From positions 14,423 through 78,422 of the IMG/VR virus record IMGVR_UViG_3300049844_000087: a DNA stretch of 64,000 bases; one strand, given 5' to 3'. The notes beneath the pieces were generated by a model. The model saw only the letters and a list, made by a program, of their open reading frames with translations. It had not been told where the DNA came from and did not search any database. This document shows positions 20,612 through 29,646 of this stretch, piece by piece (position 1 is the first letter of the stretch; each line of letters opens with the position of its first letter). Both the position numbers and the translations under genes were made by a program. Source of the stretch: a virus. Taxonomy: Duplodnaviria > Caudoviricetes.

Positions 20612-20985
20612 TTACTTCCATCTGTAATAACTTTAGACAATCCGTACTGAAGCACAGCCAATTGCACATTGGCTCCTTCTTGAACTTTTACTATTAGATT
20701 TTGTCCAATGACATCAACCGTTTCTACAGCAGATAGATCAAATTCAATAATTGATCTGTCATCTGCGAACGTAAAGGCACAAGTCTTAGTTAAGAGTGTA
20801 CCATCAGACTTTTTTAAGTCAATGGTAATCGTAGCTGCTACATCTGGAATGTATCTGATATTCTTGTCCGGCTGCATCAAGCGCATTGTAACTTTTGCAG
20901 TCTCGCCAGAAGCAAAGGTAAATTGTTTACCGACCAGGAAAGAATTTAATTGTGGGTTTTTTGATAGGATTTCAAGTGTTAACAT
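20605..20985 (-). CDS. Hypothetical virion beta-sandwich protein
   Basis: 126-aa beta-rich ORF. Confidence 0.5.
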   Translation of the reverse strand: MLTLEILSKNPQLNSFLVGKQFTFASGETAKVTMRLMQPDKNIRYIPDVAATITIDLKKSDGTLLTKTCAFTFADDRSIIEFDLSAVETVDVIGQNLIVKVQEGANVQLAVLQYGLSKVITDGSNC

Positions 20986-20986
20986 C

Positions 20987-21382
20987 TTAACTTCCTGAGA
21001 GCAATTTGATTAGCTCGACAATTCCCGCCACAGAAGCGGCTACGGCTGCTAACCACATAATGCCCTTTTTAGTGGTTAGAATCCATTTCCACGGCGTTTC
21101 TAACACCGAGATACGATTGTCTAATTGTTTCGTAGTTACAGTAAAGTCCTGTCTTAGTGCAGCTTCACGAAGTTTGTTATCTAGCTCTAAACGATCACTT
21201 CGTTTTGCATGTTCTGCTAATAGTTCGTTTTGTTGATTGTCTAGTTTACGAATTGCGTCAAATTCTTGCTCTGTGCGCAAAGCGTGTAGGTCCAGCTTCT
21301 TATCTAGTGTTGTCACTACCTCATGCGTTTTATCTAACTTGTCCAGCATTCTGGAGATAAGTTGCTCGTCCAATTTACTCAT
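20987..21382 (-). CDS. Holin-like protein (coiled coil plus C-terminal TM helix)
   Basis: Ends GIMWLAAVAASVAGIVELIKLL; close to endolysin. Confidence 0.55.
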   Translation of the reverse strand: MSKLDEQLISRMLDKLDKTHEVVTTLDKKLDLHALRTEQEFDAIRKLDNQQNELLAEHAKRSDRLELDNKLREAALRQDFTVTTKQLDNRISVLETPWKWILTTKKGIMWLAAVAASVAGIVELIKLLSGS

Positions 21383-21903
21383 AACGACAATTCCTCTACC
21401 CTTACTTCTTGTGCTTTAATTTGAGCTAGGCTATCTTCAATTTGATCCGGTCTGACCAGATGGGCAGGACGAGTAAAAACTGCACCTAACCCTATCAGAA
21501 GCTCTGCTAAAAGCTCTGAACAGATATAACCTCTGCTATTCTCTACCATTTTACACTGAAAGCCAAGCAAATCACAGGTATCTTTTACTAGTATTTTGAT
21601 CAGTTCGGCATATCCGTAATTTATGCCAGATAAATCAATGCACTTCTGTATCAAACTCTTATATTGTTCGTCCGTAAGCCAAATCTCATACAGTTTTACT
21701 ATTTTGTTCTCTTCTAAGAAAAGCCCCGAAGAGCGAAAGTGTACTGAACCGTGGGCTGCGTGATAGAGTAATACTCTACTAAATTGGTCACTTTTCCAAG
21801 CTACAAAAACATGTGAATAGGGCTTTTTGATCCACGCTTTAATTGCCTGGGCTCCTATCTTAAATGTTTTGGGAGTTGAGAATCCAATGTAGATTTTGTG
21901 CAT
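21379..21903 (-). CDS. Permuted papain-like (YiiX/YaeF, NlpC/P60 superfamily) amidase
   Basis: Catalytic His first (YSHVFV) then Cys (YICSELLA), G..YG in between. Confidence 0.75.
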   Translation of the reverse strand: MHKIYIGFSTPKTFKIGAQAIKAWIKKPYSHVFVAWKSDQFSRVLLYHAAHGSVHFRSSGLFLEENKIVKLYEIWLTDEQYKSLIQKCIDLSGINYGYAELIKILVKDTCDLLGFQCKMVENSRGYICSELLAELLIGLGAVFTRPAHLVRPDQIEDSLAQIKAQEVRVEELSL

Positions 21904-21910
21904 AAGCTTC

Positions 21911-22459
21911 CTAAACGGACAGAGGTAGTCCTAAGAACGTCTCTATGCTGTTTTTCATGCTCAGCAATCGACTGTCAGTGATGAACGGAGATAAGCCGTC
22001 GTATTCTGTAGGATTGTCTCTGACATGCTGGATTATTGATCTGGACACATACAGGCTTCCAGTATCAAAAGAAGCTTTTAAAGATACTGGCTTAGAAATT
22101 CCAGCTATGGTGTACTGCTTTTCAAACAAACCCAAAACATCTCCGGTTTTCCCAGCTTGGGTGATTCCCATAGAAATGTTCTCGGCAGCGAAAGTTCTGA
22201 TCAAATTTTGAATAAAAGGGAAAACCTGAATATCTAGATAAGCTGAAAGTTGCTGTGCTGAAGTGGCACCAGTGTGCGCCGTTACAATGCCCTCTAAAGA
22301 GGTCTGTTCTTCGGAGGTCAATTCAATGTTGAAGTTTACAACAAGACTAGTACCCAGGGCAGAGGCGTTTGCGTACTTGGCTTTAAGGGCAGTGTTTGCT
22401 TGAATCTCAAGATTAAGTTGCTCTAAATAGACGGATTTTGTAAAATTATAAGAAAACAT
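21911..22459 (-). CDS. Hypothetical virion protein (tail fibre associated)
   Basis: ORF track 21911-22477; second ATG at 22459 avoids overlap. Confidence 0.5.
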   Translation of the reverse strand: MFSYNFTKSVYLEQLNLEIQANTALKAKYANASALGTSLVVNFNIELTSEEQTSLEGIVTAHTGATSAQQLSAYLDIQVFPFIQNLIRTFAAENISMGITQAGKTGDVLGLFEKQYTIAGISKPVSLKASFDTGSLYVSRSIIQHVRDNPTEYDGLSPFITDSRLLSMKNSIETFLGLPLSV

Positions 22460-22460
22460 C

Positions 22461-23252
22461 TTAAATCTCTGGTCCAAGACGTATAAGTGTTAAGGATCTG
22501 TCGTAGACGGTCAAAGTTCCACCATCTCTACGAACTCGCATGTCAATAGCTTGTGTGCCATTGACAGAGATAACTGTTTGAGTCGGACAAGGAAAATCTG
22601 TACTTGCTGCTCCAAAACGAGCCCCTCTACGAGAGTCAGAGATTATACTTCCGCCTTTATACAAAGTCCAAAAATTTGTTGCCGAACCGTTAGAGTTCTG
22701 CATCCTGGCATTGCTCCAAACAGCATAGCGTCCAGCAACAGGAGTTACAGTAAATCCAGTTATTAAAGTGTCCGTTGCAGATGTAGTAGAAAAAGTTACA
22801 GAAGATGTAACGTTATAACTCAGAATTCCAGTTGCAAATCCAGATACGACGTATCCTGTCCATACTCCGGCAGAAGTTCCATTGGACTGAAGAAAAATAG
22901 TGGCTATGGATTCTGCCAATACTTCAAATAACTGAGTTCCAGTAAAATCATTTATATGTACGGCTGCCGAACTTTCATTTACTACGATATAAAGTTGACC
23001 ATTAAAAAGCGTAGTTGCGTTGGGAAGGGTTAAATCATGATTGATAGCTGAACCTGTAAAAAACTGCAACGTGCTACTTGTGGTGTCAAGTGGCGTATTT
23101 CCGTTCAGAGTAGTGACTGTATATTGAGGGTCGTAAACAGTTTGCTTTCTGAGTTCTTCAGCAACTTCCTGCAAATTAGTGCTTCTAATGCTGGTACTGA
23201 CTGGGTCAAAGGGAGTGCCTCTGGCATGTTGAATAAAAGCGTCTCTAGACAT
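22461..23252 (-). CDS. Fibre/decoration-like virion protein
   Basis: Thr/Ser-rich beta protein; LTLPNATTL..GQ.YIVVN repeat type; C-terminal BclA-like domain. Confidence 0.55.
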   Translation of the reverse strand: MSRDAFIQHARGTPFDPVSTSIRSTNLQEVAEELRKQTVYDPQYTVTTLNGNTPLDTTSSTLQFFTGSAINHDLTLPNATTLFNGQLYIVVNESSAAVHINDFTGTQLFEVLAESIATIFLQSNGTSAGVWTGYVVSGFATGILSYNVTSSVTFSTTSATDTLITGFTVTPVAGRYAVWSNARMQNSNGSATNFWTLYKGGSIISDSRRGARFGAASTDFPCPTQTVISVNGTQAIDMRVRRDGGTLTVYDRSLTLIRLGPEI

Positions 23253-23560
23253 TATGCCCTCTCCGCTACAACTACGTCAATCGTACCAGCGGCAGCTAAA
23301 ACAAAAATTTTCTGCTTAGGCCCCGCTTCGTATGTCTCTTTAGTATTTTTATAGTGATCAAAGCCGTTTGCTAAAACTGTAGCAGCAGATGGAGTTTCGC
23401 CATCATTAGCAAAATAAACCTTCATATTTCCAGAAGGTTGCATAGAAACTACTTGACGATCAGTCAAGGGAGATGCGCCAGCTTTTGCTTCGACCGGAGT
23501 CGAAGTTCCGACGCTAGTTAATTTAGATTGTACTGATGGTCCATCTAGGGGTTGAAGCAT
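23252..23560 (-). CDS. Small beta-sandwich decoration-like protein
   Basis: 102 aa resembling the C-terminus of 23862-24671. Confidence 0.55.
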   Translation of the reverse strand: MLQPLDGPSVQSKLTSVGTSTPVEAKAGASPLTDRQVVSMQPSGNMKVYFANDGETPSAATVLANGFDHYKNTKETYEAGPKQKIFVLAAAGTIDVVVAERA

Positions 23561-23781
23561 TATTCACCTTGTTTTGCTGCGTCTTTATTTTCCGTAATCT
23601 TTTTTACTTCTAAAATGTTTGCGTCGATCTTAGGTATCAGCACTTGCTGCATAAAAGACAGAAGTTTAAAATAAGCGATTACTTCACTAGTATTCAATTT
23701 AAAGTCGGCATTAGCAGCAACCATGTTCAAAAATTGAACTACTTTCTGTTTGTCTTCTTCCGTAAAATTCAAAGGTCCCAT
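23560..23781 (-). CDS. Hypothetical protein
   Basis: ATG 23781 with GGAGG SD; track start 23796 overlaps the terminator U-tract. Confidence 0.6.
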   Translation of the reverse strand: MGPLNFTEEDKQKVVQFLNMVAANADFKLNTSEVIAYFKLLSFMQQVLIPKIDANILEVKKITENKDAAKQGE

Positions 23782-23794
23782 TACACCTGCCTCC

Positions 23795-23832
23795 AAAATA
23801 AAAATAGGGGTACACTATCAGCATACCCCTAC
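23795..23832 (-). terminator. Intrinsic terminator
   Basis: TAGGGGTA...TACCCCTA hairpin followed by TTTTTATTTT on minus strand. Confidence 0.65.
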
Positions 23833-23848
23833 TAGATGGATTTTACAA
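23820..23848 (-). promoter_or_regulatory. sigma70-like promoter overlapping the terminator hairpin
   Basis: TTGTAA-17-TATGCT on minus strand. Confidence 0.55.
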
Positions 23849-23861
23849 GTTGTATTAGAGA

Positions 23862-24671
23862 TTAGCTCAACTCAAGAGTTCTAATTTCTGGGGTTTTTCC
23901 TGATTGTCCTACGAAGAAAGGAGAGATTGCAGGACCCGCTCGAAGTTCCATAACGGAACCAGGAGACAACGGAAATCCGTTTGCTGCTGTCACTCCAGAC
24001 TGTCCGATAAACACCTTCGTGTTATCGTTGTTGTAGATCATCAGATATTTTCTATTTGCGAGTGCAGAGGCTTTAACTGCCTCCGCCGTGTCTGCAACGT
24101 TTAGAGGATTTGCTGCTGCTAAAATTGCTGTATTTGCCAAAGCTGCATCATTAACTGAGATGGTATTCGCAATATATACGTCTAGAGCTTGTTTGCCGCC
24201 TTCCAGAGTAGAAGTTAAAGCAGTTCCAGCTCCATCGTGCATCCAAGACTCAACGCTATCCTGTGCGGCGCTAAGATCACGAATATCGAGGTCAGTAGCA
24301 CTAACGGTGATGTTTTCCAATGCGGCCAAAGTAGCAGAATCAAGAGAAACCTCAGATCCACTAACATCGACTTTATCAGTTGCAAAAGCAAGGTCACGAA
24401 TGTCTAAATTTGTCGCCTGGACAGTAACAGCGTTTGTAATGCTGTCAATAGTCCATGTGCCGCCTTGATGAGCGGTTACAGAGTCGTCTGCGAAGTTTAA
24501 ATCAACTTCTACGTTGATACCTTCAGCTACACGAACGTCAAGGGCCTTTTTACCACCGACATCGGTATGCGTTAGAAGAGTACCATCTGCGGAACGTAGA
24601 TACGCACCAACGCTATCGCTATCTGCAATACTTTGTGCGTCTGTGGTATCAAAAATTAACTGGTCTTTCAT
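23862..24671 (-). CDS. Decoration/fibre-like virion protein with internal repeats
   Basis: Repeated (A)TDLDIRDL and GKQALDV segments; C-terminal small beta-sandwich. Confidence 0.6.
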   Translation of the reverse strand: MKDQLIFDTTDAQSIADSDSVGAYLRSADGTLLTHTDVGGKKALDVRVAEGINVEVDLNFADDSVTAHQGGTWTIDSITNAVTVQATNLDIRDLAFATDKVDVSGSEVSLDSATLAALENITVSATDLDIRDLSAAQDSVESWMHDGAGTALTSTLEGGKQALDVYIANTISVNDAALANTAILAAANPLNVADTAEAVKASALANRKYLMIYNNDNTKVFIGQSGVTAANGFPLSPGSVMELRAGPAISPFFVGQSGKTPEIRTLELS

Positions 24672-24687
24672 GGTTCAAACTCCTGAG

Positions 24688-25158
24688 CTACGCTCGCCAT
24701 GTTTCAATTTCTACTGTAGTTCCGCCGAGTTCGATCTTGTTTAACTGAAAGTAAATAGATGTGGGCACGTCAAAACTAAGTCCAGATATTTTTCGGCTTG
24801 ACCCTGGTCTAACCTGTATAAAGTTTACACCGGATTGGCCTACCTGGAAGCTATATCTTAGCACGATAGCTTTATTACTTTTTACTCGAATAGTAAAAAT
24901 TTCAGTCTTAGCGGGAAGAACTACTGAAAATTCAGTGTTCGCCGCTGTGACCAACGTATTGAATACGCCTTGGGTATCAGGTCTTGTGGCACTTAGATTT
25001 ATTATGGCATCTGTGGGAAGAGGGTTATCCTGATTTACAGGATTTCCATTCTCGTCTACGAGAAGGACTCTTTTCGCATCTGCTTTTTCCTCGTGCTCAT
25101 TTTGATTTATGGTCCGAGGATCTGTGATCTGGTTGCCACGAATCCTTTGATTAGGCAT
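24688..25158 (-). CDS. Decoration-like virion protein
   Basis: VLLVDENGNPVNQDNPLP linker plus beta-sandwich. Confidence 0.55.
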   Translation of the reverse strand: MPNQRIRGNQITDPRTINQNEHEEKADAKRVLLVDENGNPVNQDNPLPTDAIINLSATRPDTQGVFNTLVTAANTEFSVVLPAKTEIFTIRVKSNKAIVLRYSFQVGQSGVNFIQVRPGSSRKISGLSFDVPTSIYFQLNKIELGGTTVEIETWRA

Positions 25159-25168
25159 CGTGACTCCA

Positions 25169-25567
25169 TTATGGACGCATTACAATTACTTGAACACCTG
25201 CGTCAGAAGTTCTCAATTTAAGAGACTTCATTTCTGAACTTGCAATTCCAGTAAAGATCATCAATGTAGAATTAGGGGCAATTGCCATTCCAGTAGTTAT
25301 ATCAACGGTAGCTGGAACAGCATCATGATCTGTTACCGAAACATATTGCCAACTAGCAGTGGTATTTGCGATTCGTACTGATCCTCGCTCTGGGACATTT
25401 GCTCCGGCAACAGCGGTGTGTTCAGCCGAAGGTACAATTCGCTCTACAGCGTGAATATCTCCATTCGCTGATCTACTTGTTCCTGAAGCATCATTGTGTT
25501 GATCATTTGCGATTGAAGAAGGGTTTCTAGAAGTCTTCTTCAAATTTAGGTTTTGATTGCTACTCAT
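25169..25567 (-). CDS. Decoration-like virion protein
   Basis: 132 aa, beta-rich C-terminus like its neighbours. Confidence 0.5.
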   Translation of the reverse strand: MSSNQNLNLKKTSRNPSSIANDQHNDASGTSRSANGDIHAVERIVPSAEHTAVAGANVPERGSVRIANTTASWQYVSVTDHDAVPATVDITTGMAIAPNSTLMIFTGIASSEMKSLKLRTSDAGVQVIVMRP

Positions 25568-25862
25568 TTTCTTCCTCTTCGTTTAGATCGGCTTCAACTG
25601 AAGAAGCTCTTTTCTTAATCAAACTTCTATTCACTTTCTCAATTTCATTTCTAAAAAAGAAAAGTAAATCTCTGTATCGTTTGTAATCTGATCGCATAAA
25701 GTCTAGTTGAAGATCCCTACCCTGCCCTAGAGAATCTTGAAAAACAAATAATACTGTAGGCTTGTCATGCTTACCTACTGTAACTTCTGTCCTTAAAAAT
25801 TTCAATCCATTCATTTCTAAAAATGGACATAGTGCAAGATTATCAGTCTTAAACTCTTTCAT
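25560..25862 (-). CDS. DUF5659-like small protein
   Basis: F.T.NLAL..FL...G........V.FVF pattern as recalled for DUF5659. Confidence 0.55.
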   Translation of the reverse strand: MKEFKTDNLALCPFLEMNGLKFLRTEVTVGKHDKPTVLFVFQDSLGQGRDLQLDFMRSDYKRYRDLLFFFRNEIEKVNRSLIKKRASSVEADLNEEEENE

Positions 25863-25869
25863 AGATTAC

Positions 25870-25898
25870 AGACTATCTCAAGTTTAGCATAAAGGCAA
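25870..25898 (-). promoter_or_regulatory. sigma70-like promoter, probably giving a leaderless mRNA
   Basis: TTGCCT-17-TAGTCT ending 7 nt before ATG 25862; no SD. Confidence 0.55.
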
Positions 25899-25908
25899 GC
25901 CACTATTC

Positions 25909-25940
25909 AAAAAAAGGCCCCTGGCAGAACGCCAGAGGCC
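25909..25940 (-). terminator. Intrinsic terminator
   Basis: GGCCTCTGGC-GTTCT-GCCAGGGGCC then T7 on minus strand. Confidence 0.75.
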
Positions 25941-26037
25941 AAGGAGGAGGAAGTAACTGAGGAGGGGATCTTTCAGTTACAAGACCCTTGCGGTCCTATA
26001 CTAAATATAACACTTTTCGTCTACTTTTCAAGCCCAG

Positions 26038-26070
26038 AAAAAGAAAAGGGCCGATCCTAAGACCAGCCCT
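26038..26070 (-). terminator. Intrinsic terminator after major capsid gene
   Basis: AGGGCTGGTC-TTAG-GATCGGCCCT then TTTCTTTTT. Confidence 0.8.
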
Positions 26071-26099
26071 CTATTTGAGATTTAATTTCTCAGTTTGGA

Positions 26100-27560
26100 T
26101 TAAGCAGCTCGACCGATATTCTCAATCAAGAAGTTCTTGCGAGGAGCGTAAACAATCGGAGTTCCGTACAAGAGTTGCATCCAGCGATAAGCAGTAGCAA
26201 CAACTGCAAGGTCCATCTTCATCAGAGGAGCCAATTGTTTGAAGCGGAGAACCTCTGCATCCTTAGTCAACAGGTAAGCCTGTGAAAGACCAGGAAGCTT
26301 GTGGTTCAGGTCTCGCATAGTAGCGTTACCACCAACAGCCGCAGGAGCAATGTATCCAATGAACTCATGTCCAGTAGAAGCACCAAGCGGTGAGCGATAA
26401 ACTGCATAAGCGATTGCACCAGCAACACCTACGATAGAAACTTCTACTCGCTGACCAGCAGCTACAGCTTGAGCCGCAGAAACAGGAGAGATAGGTCCTT
26501 CGCCGGATTCAGTGATGGCAGAAGCACGGTAAGTGTAGTTACCAGCATCAGCAGCAGTGAACTTTGAAAGAGCGTCCGCAGCAACAGCCAAAGTAGGAGC
26601 AGCAGGAGCAGCAATTCCAGCCAAAGGAGCAGCAGGAGTGCGCTTAGGTCGCATGAACACTGAACTCATGAGTTGGAACTCACCAGCAGCAGCTACGAAC
26701 GACTGAAGAACGAAACCAGCTTTACCTTGAGCGATACCCATTGGGTTAACACGCTCTTTAGGGAAGAACTGACGGCCAAGGTCAGAGTGAGCCTTAGTGT
26801 CCATCAACATGATTGAAGGAATACCGAAGTTTTCACCGACAACACGAGCAGCATCTTCAAGCAAGTCGCTATCCAAAACATCACCACGGATGTCACGGAT
26901 TACGTCTTCTTCAACACCGTAACCAGTGAAAGCCTTTGCTTTAGCAGACGCATCAGTGTTACCTTTGCGGATTTGCTTATCAAGACCTTCCCAAGCAGTG
27001 TCATCATCAAGGATCGCAGCGTCCGAACCATCATGAACACCAGACGCAGAAGCGTAGTGACCACGACCGTCAACCAATGCTCGCTCGACGATTTCGAGGA
27101 TTCGCATAGTTCCGTTTCGGATTTCACGAGCGATTGCGTCGCCGTGAGCGTTACGAACCAACGTGTAAACGTGAGTCAACTCACGAGTAACGCCGATGAA
27201 ACGTACTCTTTGGATTTGACGAGTGTAGCTCGAATCCTCAGAGCGGGGAAGAGCGCCTTCCTTAATGAAGCCACGGCCTTGATCACCGTATGCGTCAGTT
27301 CGGTTGTACTCTTCGATTGTGTTGAACGCCTGATCTTTGTCGATCATAGGCCACAACTTCAGGTGTTTCATTTCATAGGTAACAGACTTCAAAGACGAAT
27401 CAAGAGATTCAACTTGTAGTGCTCCGCCACCAGTTAGAGAAGAGGGGGCACCTGCGTAACCTGCACCTGCTTCCAAGGCTTTATTCAGTTCACCAACTTC
27501 CATTGCAGTGGTAGCACCGAATCCTTCGCCAAAATTTACGAAGTTATAATTTTGAGACAT
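26100..27560 (-). CDS. Major capsid protein (SPO1/Twort-type HK97 fold)
   Basis: ELNKALEAG...GGGALQVESLD..LK...EEYN...YG...FIKEG.LP...DS.Y.R; C-terminal WMQLLYGTP....P.K...I.NIG. Confidence 0.95.
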   Translation of the reverse strand: MSQNYNFVNFGEGFGATTAMEVGELNKALEAGAGYAGAPSSLTGGGALQVESLDSSLKSVTYEMKHLKLWPMIDKDQAFNTIEEYNRTDAYGDQGRGFIKEGALPRSEDSSYTRQIQRVRFIGVTRELTHVYTLVRNAHGDAIAREIRNGTMRILEIVERALVDGRGHYASASGVHDGSDAAILDDDTAWEGLDKQIRKGNTDASAKAKAFTGYGVEEDVIRDIRGDVLDSDLLEDAARVVGENFGIPSIMLMDTKAHSDLGRQFFPKERVNPMGIAQGKAGFVLQSFVAAAGEFQLMSSVFMRPKRTPAAPLAGIAAPAAPTLAVAADALSKFTAADAGNYTYRASAITESGEGPISPVSAAQAVAAGQRVEVSIVGVAGAIAYAVYRSPLGASTGHEFIGYIAPAAVGGNATMRDLNHKLPGLSQAYLLTKDAEVLRFKQLAPLMKMDLAVVATAYRWMQLLYGTPIVYAPRKNFLIENIGRAA

Positions 27561-27583
27561 AGTTTCTCCTTAATAAGAACTAT

Positions 27584-28501
27584 TTAGTTTGAAAAACGTT
27601 TTTTAGTTTCTTCCATTACAAGAGCTTTTACTTGAGGGTTACTTAAATTCTTAGTAGCCTCAAATTCAGCAATGTGTCGGCTGTTGATGCCTTTACCAGC
27701 TTTCTGAAGTTCCAACATAGTGTCTAGGACTTGAGATTTTGAAATAGTGACTTCGCTAGAACCACTCTTCTCGATTGTCTCAAGGCTATCAACTGATTGC
27801 CGACCATGAGCAGGTTGTGTAGAGAGTTTCTTGACTTCTACACTCAACGATTTGATCATATCATCCTTTTCGGACAATTTTTGTTCAAAAGATTTTTTGA
27901 TGTCTTCAAGTTGAGCACCTACTGCTTGAGCAACAGATTTTGCGATGTCAACAGAACTCTCTTGTTCTTCTGATTCATCGTTCTCTTCTCTCCAAGCTTT
28001 GATTAACTCAAGCTCTTCAGCATCTACTCCAGCAGCAGCAAGTTCTTCGATAGATTTTTTCATCTTCTTGTTCTTGTGCATTTCTTTTTCGTGCTCATCA
28101 ACTTCTTTGTCTGCTTCTTTATCAGCAATTTTCTTTGCTTCTTCTTTAGAAACAGCCTTTTTCAAGTCAGCTTCAGACTGCGCAGACTTTTCAGATTTTT
28201 CATCATCCTCGTCTTCATCGTCTTCTTCTTTCTCTTTTTTAGCTTTGGCTTTTTTAGCAGCTTCAGCTTTTTGCTCTTCGCTCATAGGAGCGCCAGACTT
28301 AATTTTGTCTTCGCCACCATTAGCTTGCTTATTTTCGTCTTTTGACTCTTCAGACTTAGCAACGGTTTCAGTCGAAGCGGGTTTCTCAGAAACAACCTCT
28401 TCATCTTTCCCCATAGTCTCGTCGATGATTGCATCGAGCGACTTCAGAATTTCTTCTTCAGTCATTTTTTTCTTAGCTTCAGACATCTTTTTCTCCTTCA
28501 A
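27584..28501 (-). CDS. Capsid scaffold protein
   Basis: Highly charged 305 aa between protease and MCP, many xKS motifs. Confidence 0.75.
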   Translation of the reverse strand: MKEKKMSEAKKKMTEEEILKSLDAIIDETMGKDEEVVSEKPASTETVAKSEESKDENKQANGGEDKIKSGAPMSEEQKAEAAKKAKAKKEKEEDDEDEDDEKSEKSAQSEADLKKAVSKEEAKKIADKEADKEVDEHEKEMHKNKKMKKSIEELAAAGVDAEELELIKAWREENDESEEQESSVDIAKSVAQAVGAQLEDIKKSFEQKLSEKDDMIKSLSVEVKKLSTQPAHGRQSVDSLETIEKSGSSEVTISKSQVLDTMLELQKAGKGINSRHIAEFEATKNLSNPQVKALVMEETKKRFSN

Positions 28502-29330
28502 TGCTCTTGAGCTTTGATGCGATCACCTTGAGCAAATCACGAGGATCTTCTTCAGGGTGCAGTTCGCACATGCGCTGCAAGATTGATTTTAACATTCGTT
28601 TTTGACTTTTTTTGTCTTTTTTGTTCATACGTTTGAGCTTAGACTCTAAAGACTCTTTAGAAAGTGCCTCTCCGCCTGTTCGCATAGCAGGAGCCAAAGC
28701 GGGGCCAGCACCAGCAGCTAGAGCTTTTGCAACTCCAACTTCAATAGCTTTTTCAAGTTCTGTTCTTTCCATAGTCAGATAAGCTGGCTCTGGAATCTCT
28801 TCCATATTGCCAGAAGCTAGTGATTTAGATAGATCAGCATAGGTGTATGGGTTGACAGGGTCTAACGTCAACGCAACCTTATCAATTCGAGCATTTCTGA
28901 TCACTGATTTATTAACAGTATCTCGCTGAAGAATCTTACCTTCGATACTCATGTGAACACGAGGCGCACTGCCTTTCTTCACTGATTTCATGATGTTATA
29001 GAATGCTTGCGCACGAGGTTGATGCTTAAAAAGATAACCTTTAACCATCAAAACTTTCTTACCATCTGACTTCACAAATTCAGCATCTTCAATTTGACCA
29101 ATGACGTTTTCTGGTCCTTTCTGATGATCGACATTAAACAATCCACGTCCGGCCTTTAAAGGAGATATATCCAGACCATTTTGGTCAACTACTTCACCTT
29201 GAAGATCCTGATCTGGAGTCGAAGCGATACCCTTGACGATCCAAGTATCTTCGCCATCAGCGTCTTTTGATTTTTCAAGTTCCACAGGAACGTGGATTTG
29301 AAATGATTTTACGAGTTTTTCATCAGACAC
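28479..29330 (-). CDS. Prohead protease
   Basis: IVKGIASTPDQDLQGEVV...G.FNVDH...IG; MSIEG; VALT..PVNP. Confidence 0.9.
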   Translation of the reverse strand: MSDEKLVKSFQIHVPVELEKSKDADGEDTWIVKGIASTPDQDLQGEVVDQNGLDISPLKAGRGLFNVDHQKGPENVIGQIEDAEFVKSDGKKVLMVKGYLFKHQPRAQAFYNIMKSVKKGSAPRVHMSIEGKILQRDTVNKSVIRNARIDKVALTLDPVNPYTYADLSKSLASGNMEEIPEPAYLTMERTELEKAIEVGVAKALAAGAGPALAPAMRTGGEALSKESLESKLKRMNKKDKKSQKRMLKSILQRMCELHPEEDPRDLLKVIASKLKSIEGEKDV

Positions 29331-29376
29331 GATTAATTCCTAGAATCCTGACTATGCAGGTTCAGCATTTAGATTA

Positions 29377-29631
29377 TCACAAGCCCTTGAGCTTTTTTAC
29401 TTTCTCAAGGTCTGCCATCTTTCGCTGGACCTTTGCCAAGGCTTTTTTCTCGATTGCGGTGACTGCTGCGATTGACATTCCCAGTAACTTACCAATTTCG
29501 TTCAATGTGTGAGGTCGTGCATTATGACGCATGTATGTAAAAAAGCAATTATAGAACGCAGGAGCGTTTACACGCCATTCCTCTGGGTTCTCATTGCACT
29601 TACAATTGTCACGGTGTACGATCTTACTCAT
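29377..29631 (-). CDS. Small sigma70 region-4-like HTH protein with Cys-rich N-terminus
   Basis: HTLNEIGKLLGMSIAAVTAIEKKALAKVQR matches sigma R4 (TLxEIGxxLGxSxxxVxxIExxALxKLR). Confidence 0.75.
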   Translation of the reverse strand: MSKIVHRDNCKCNENPEEWRVNAPAFYNCFFTYMRHNARPHTLNEIGKLLGMSIAAVTAIEKKALAKVQRKMADLEKVKKLKGL

Positions 29632-29646
29632 GTCTCAAAGTTAGAC
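29632..29646. promoter_or_regulatory. Palindrome GTCTCA-AAG-TTAGAC overlapping the -10 box
   Basis: 1 mismatch to GTCTCA-N3-TGAGAC; same variant as the copy at 51132. Confidence 0.55.
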
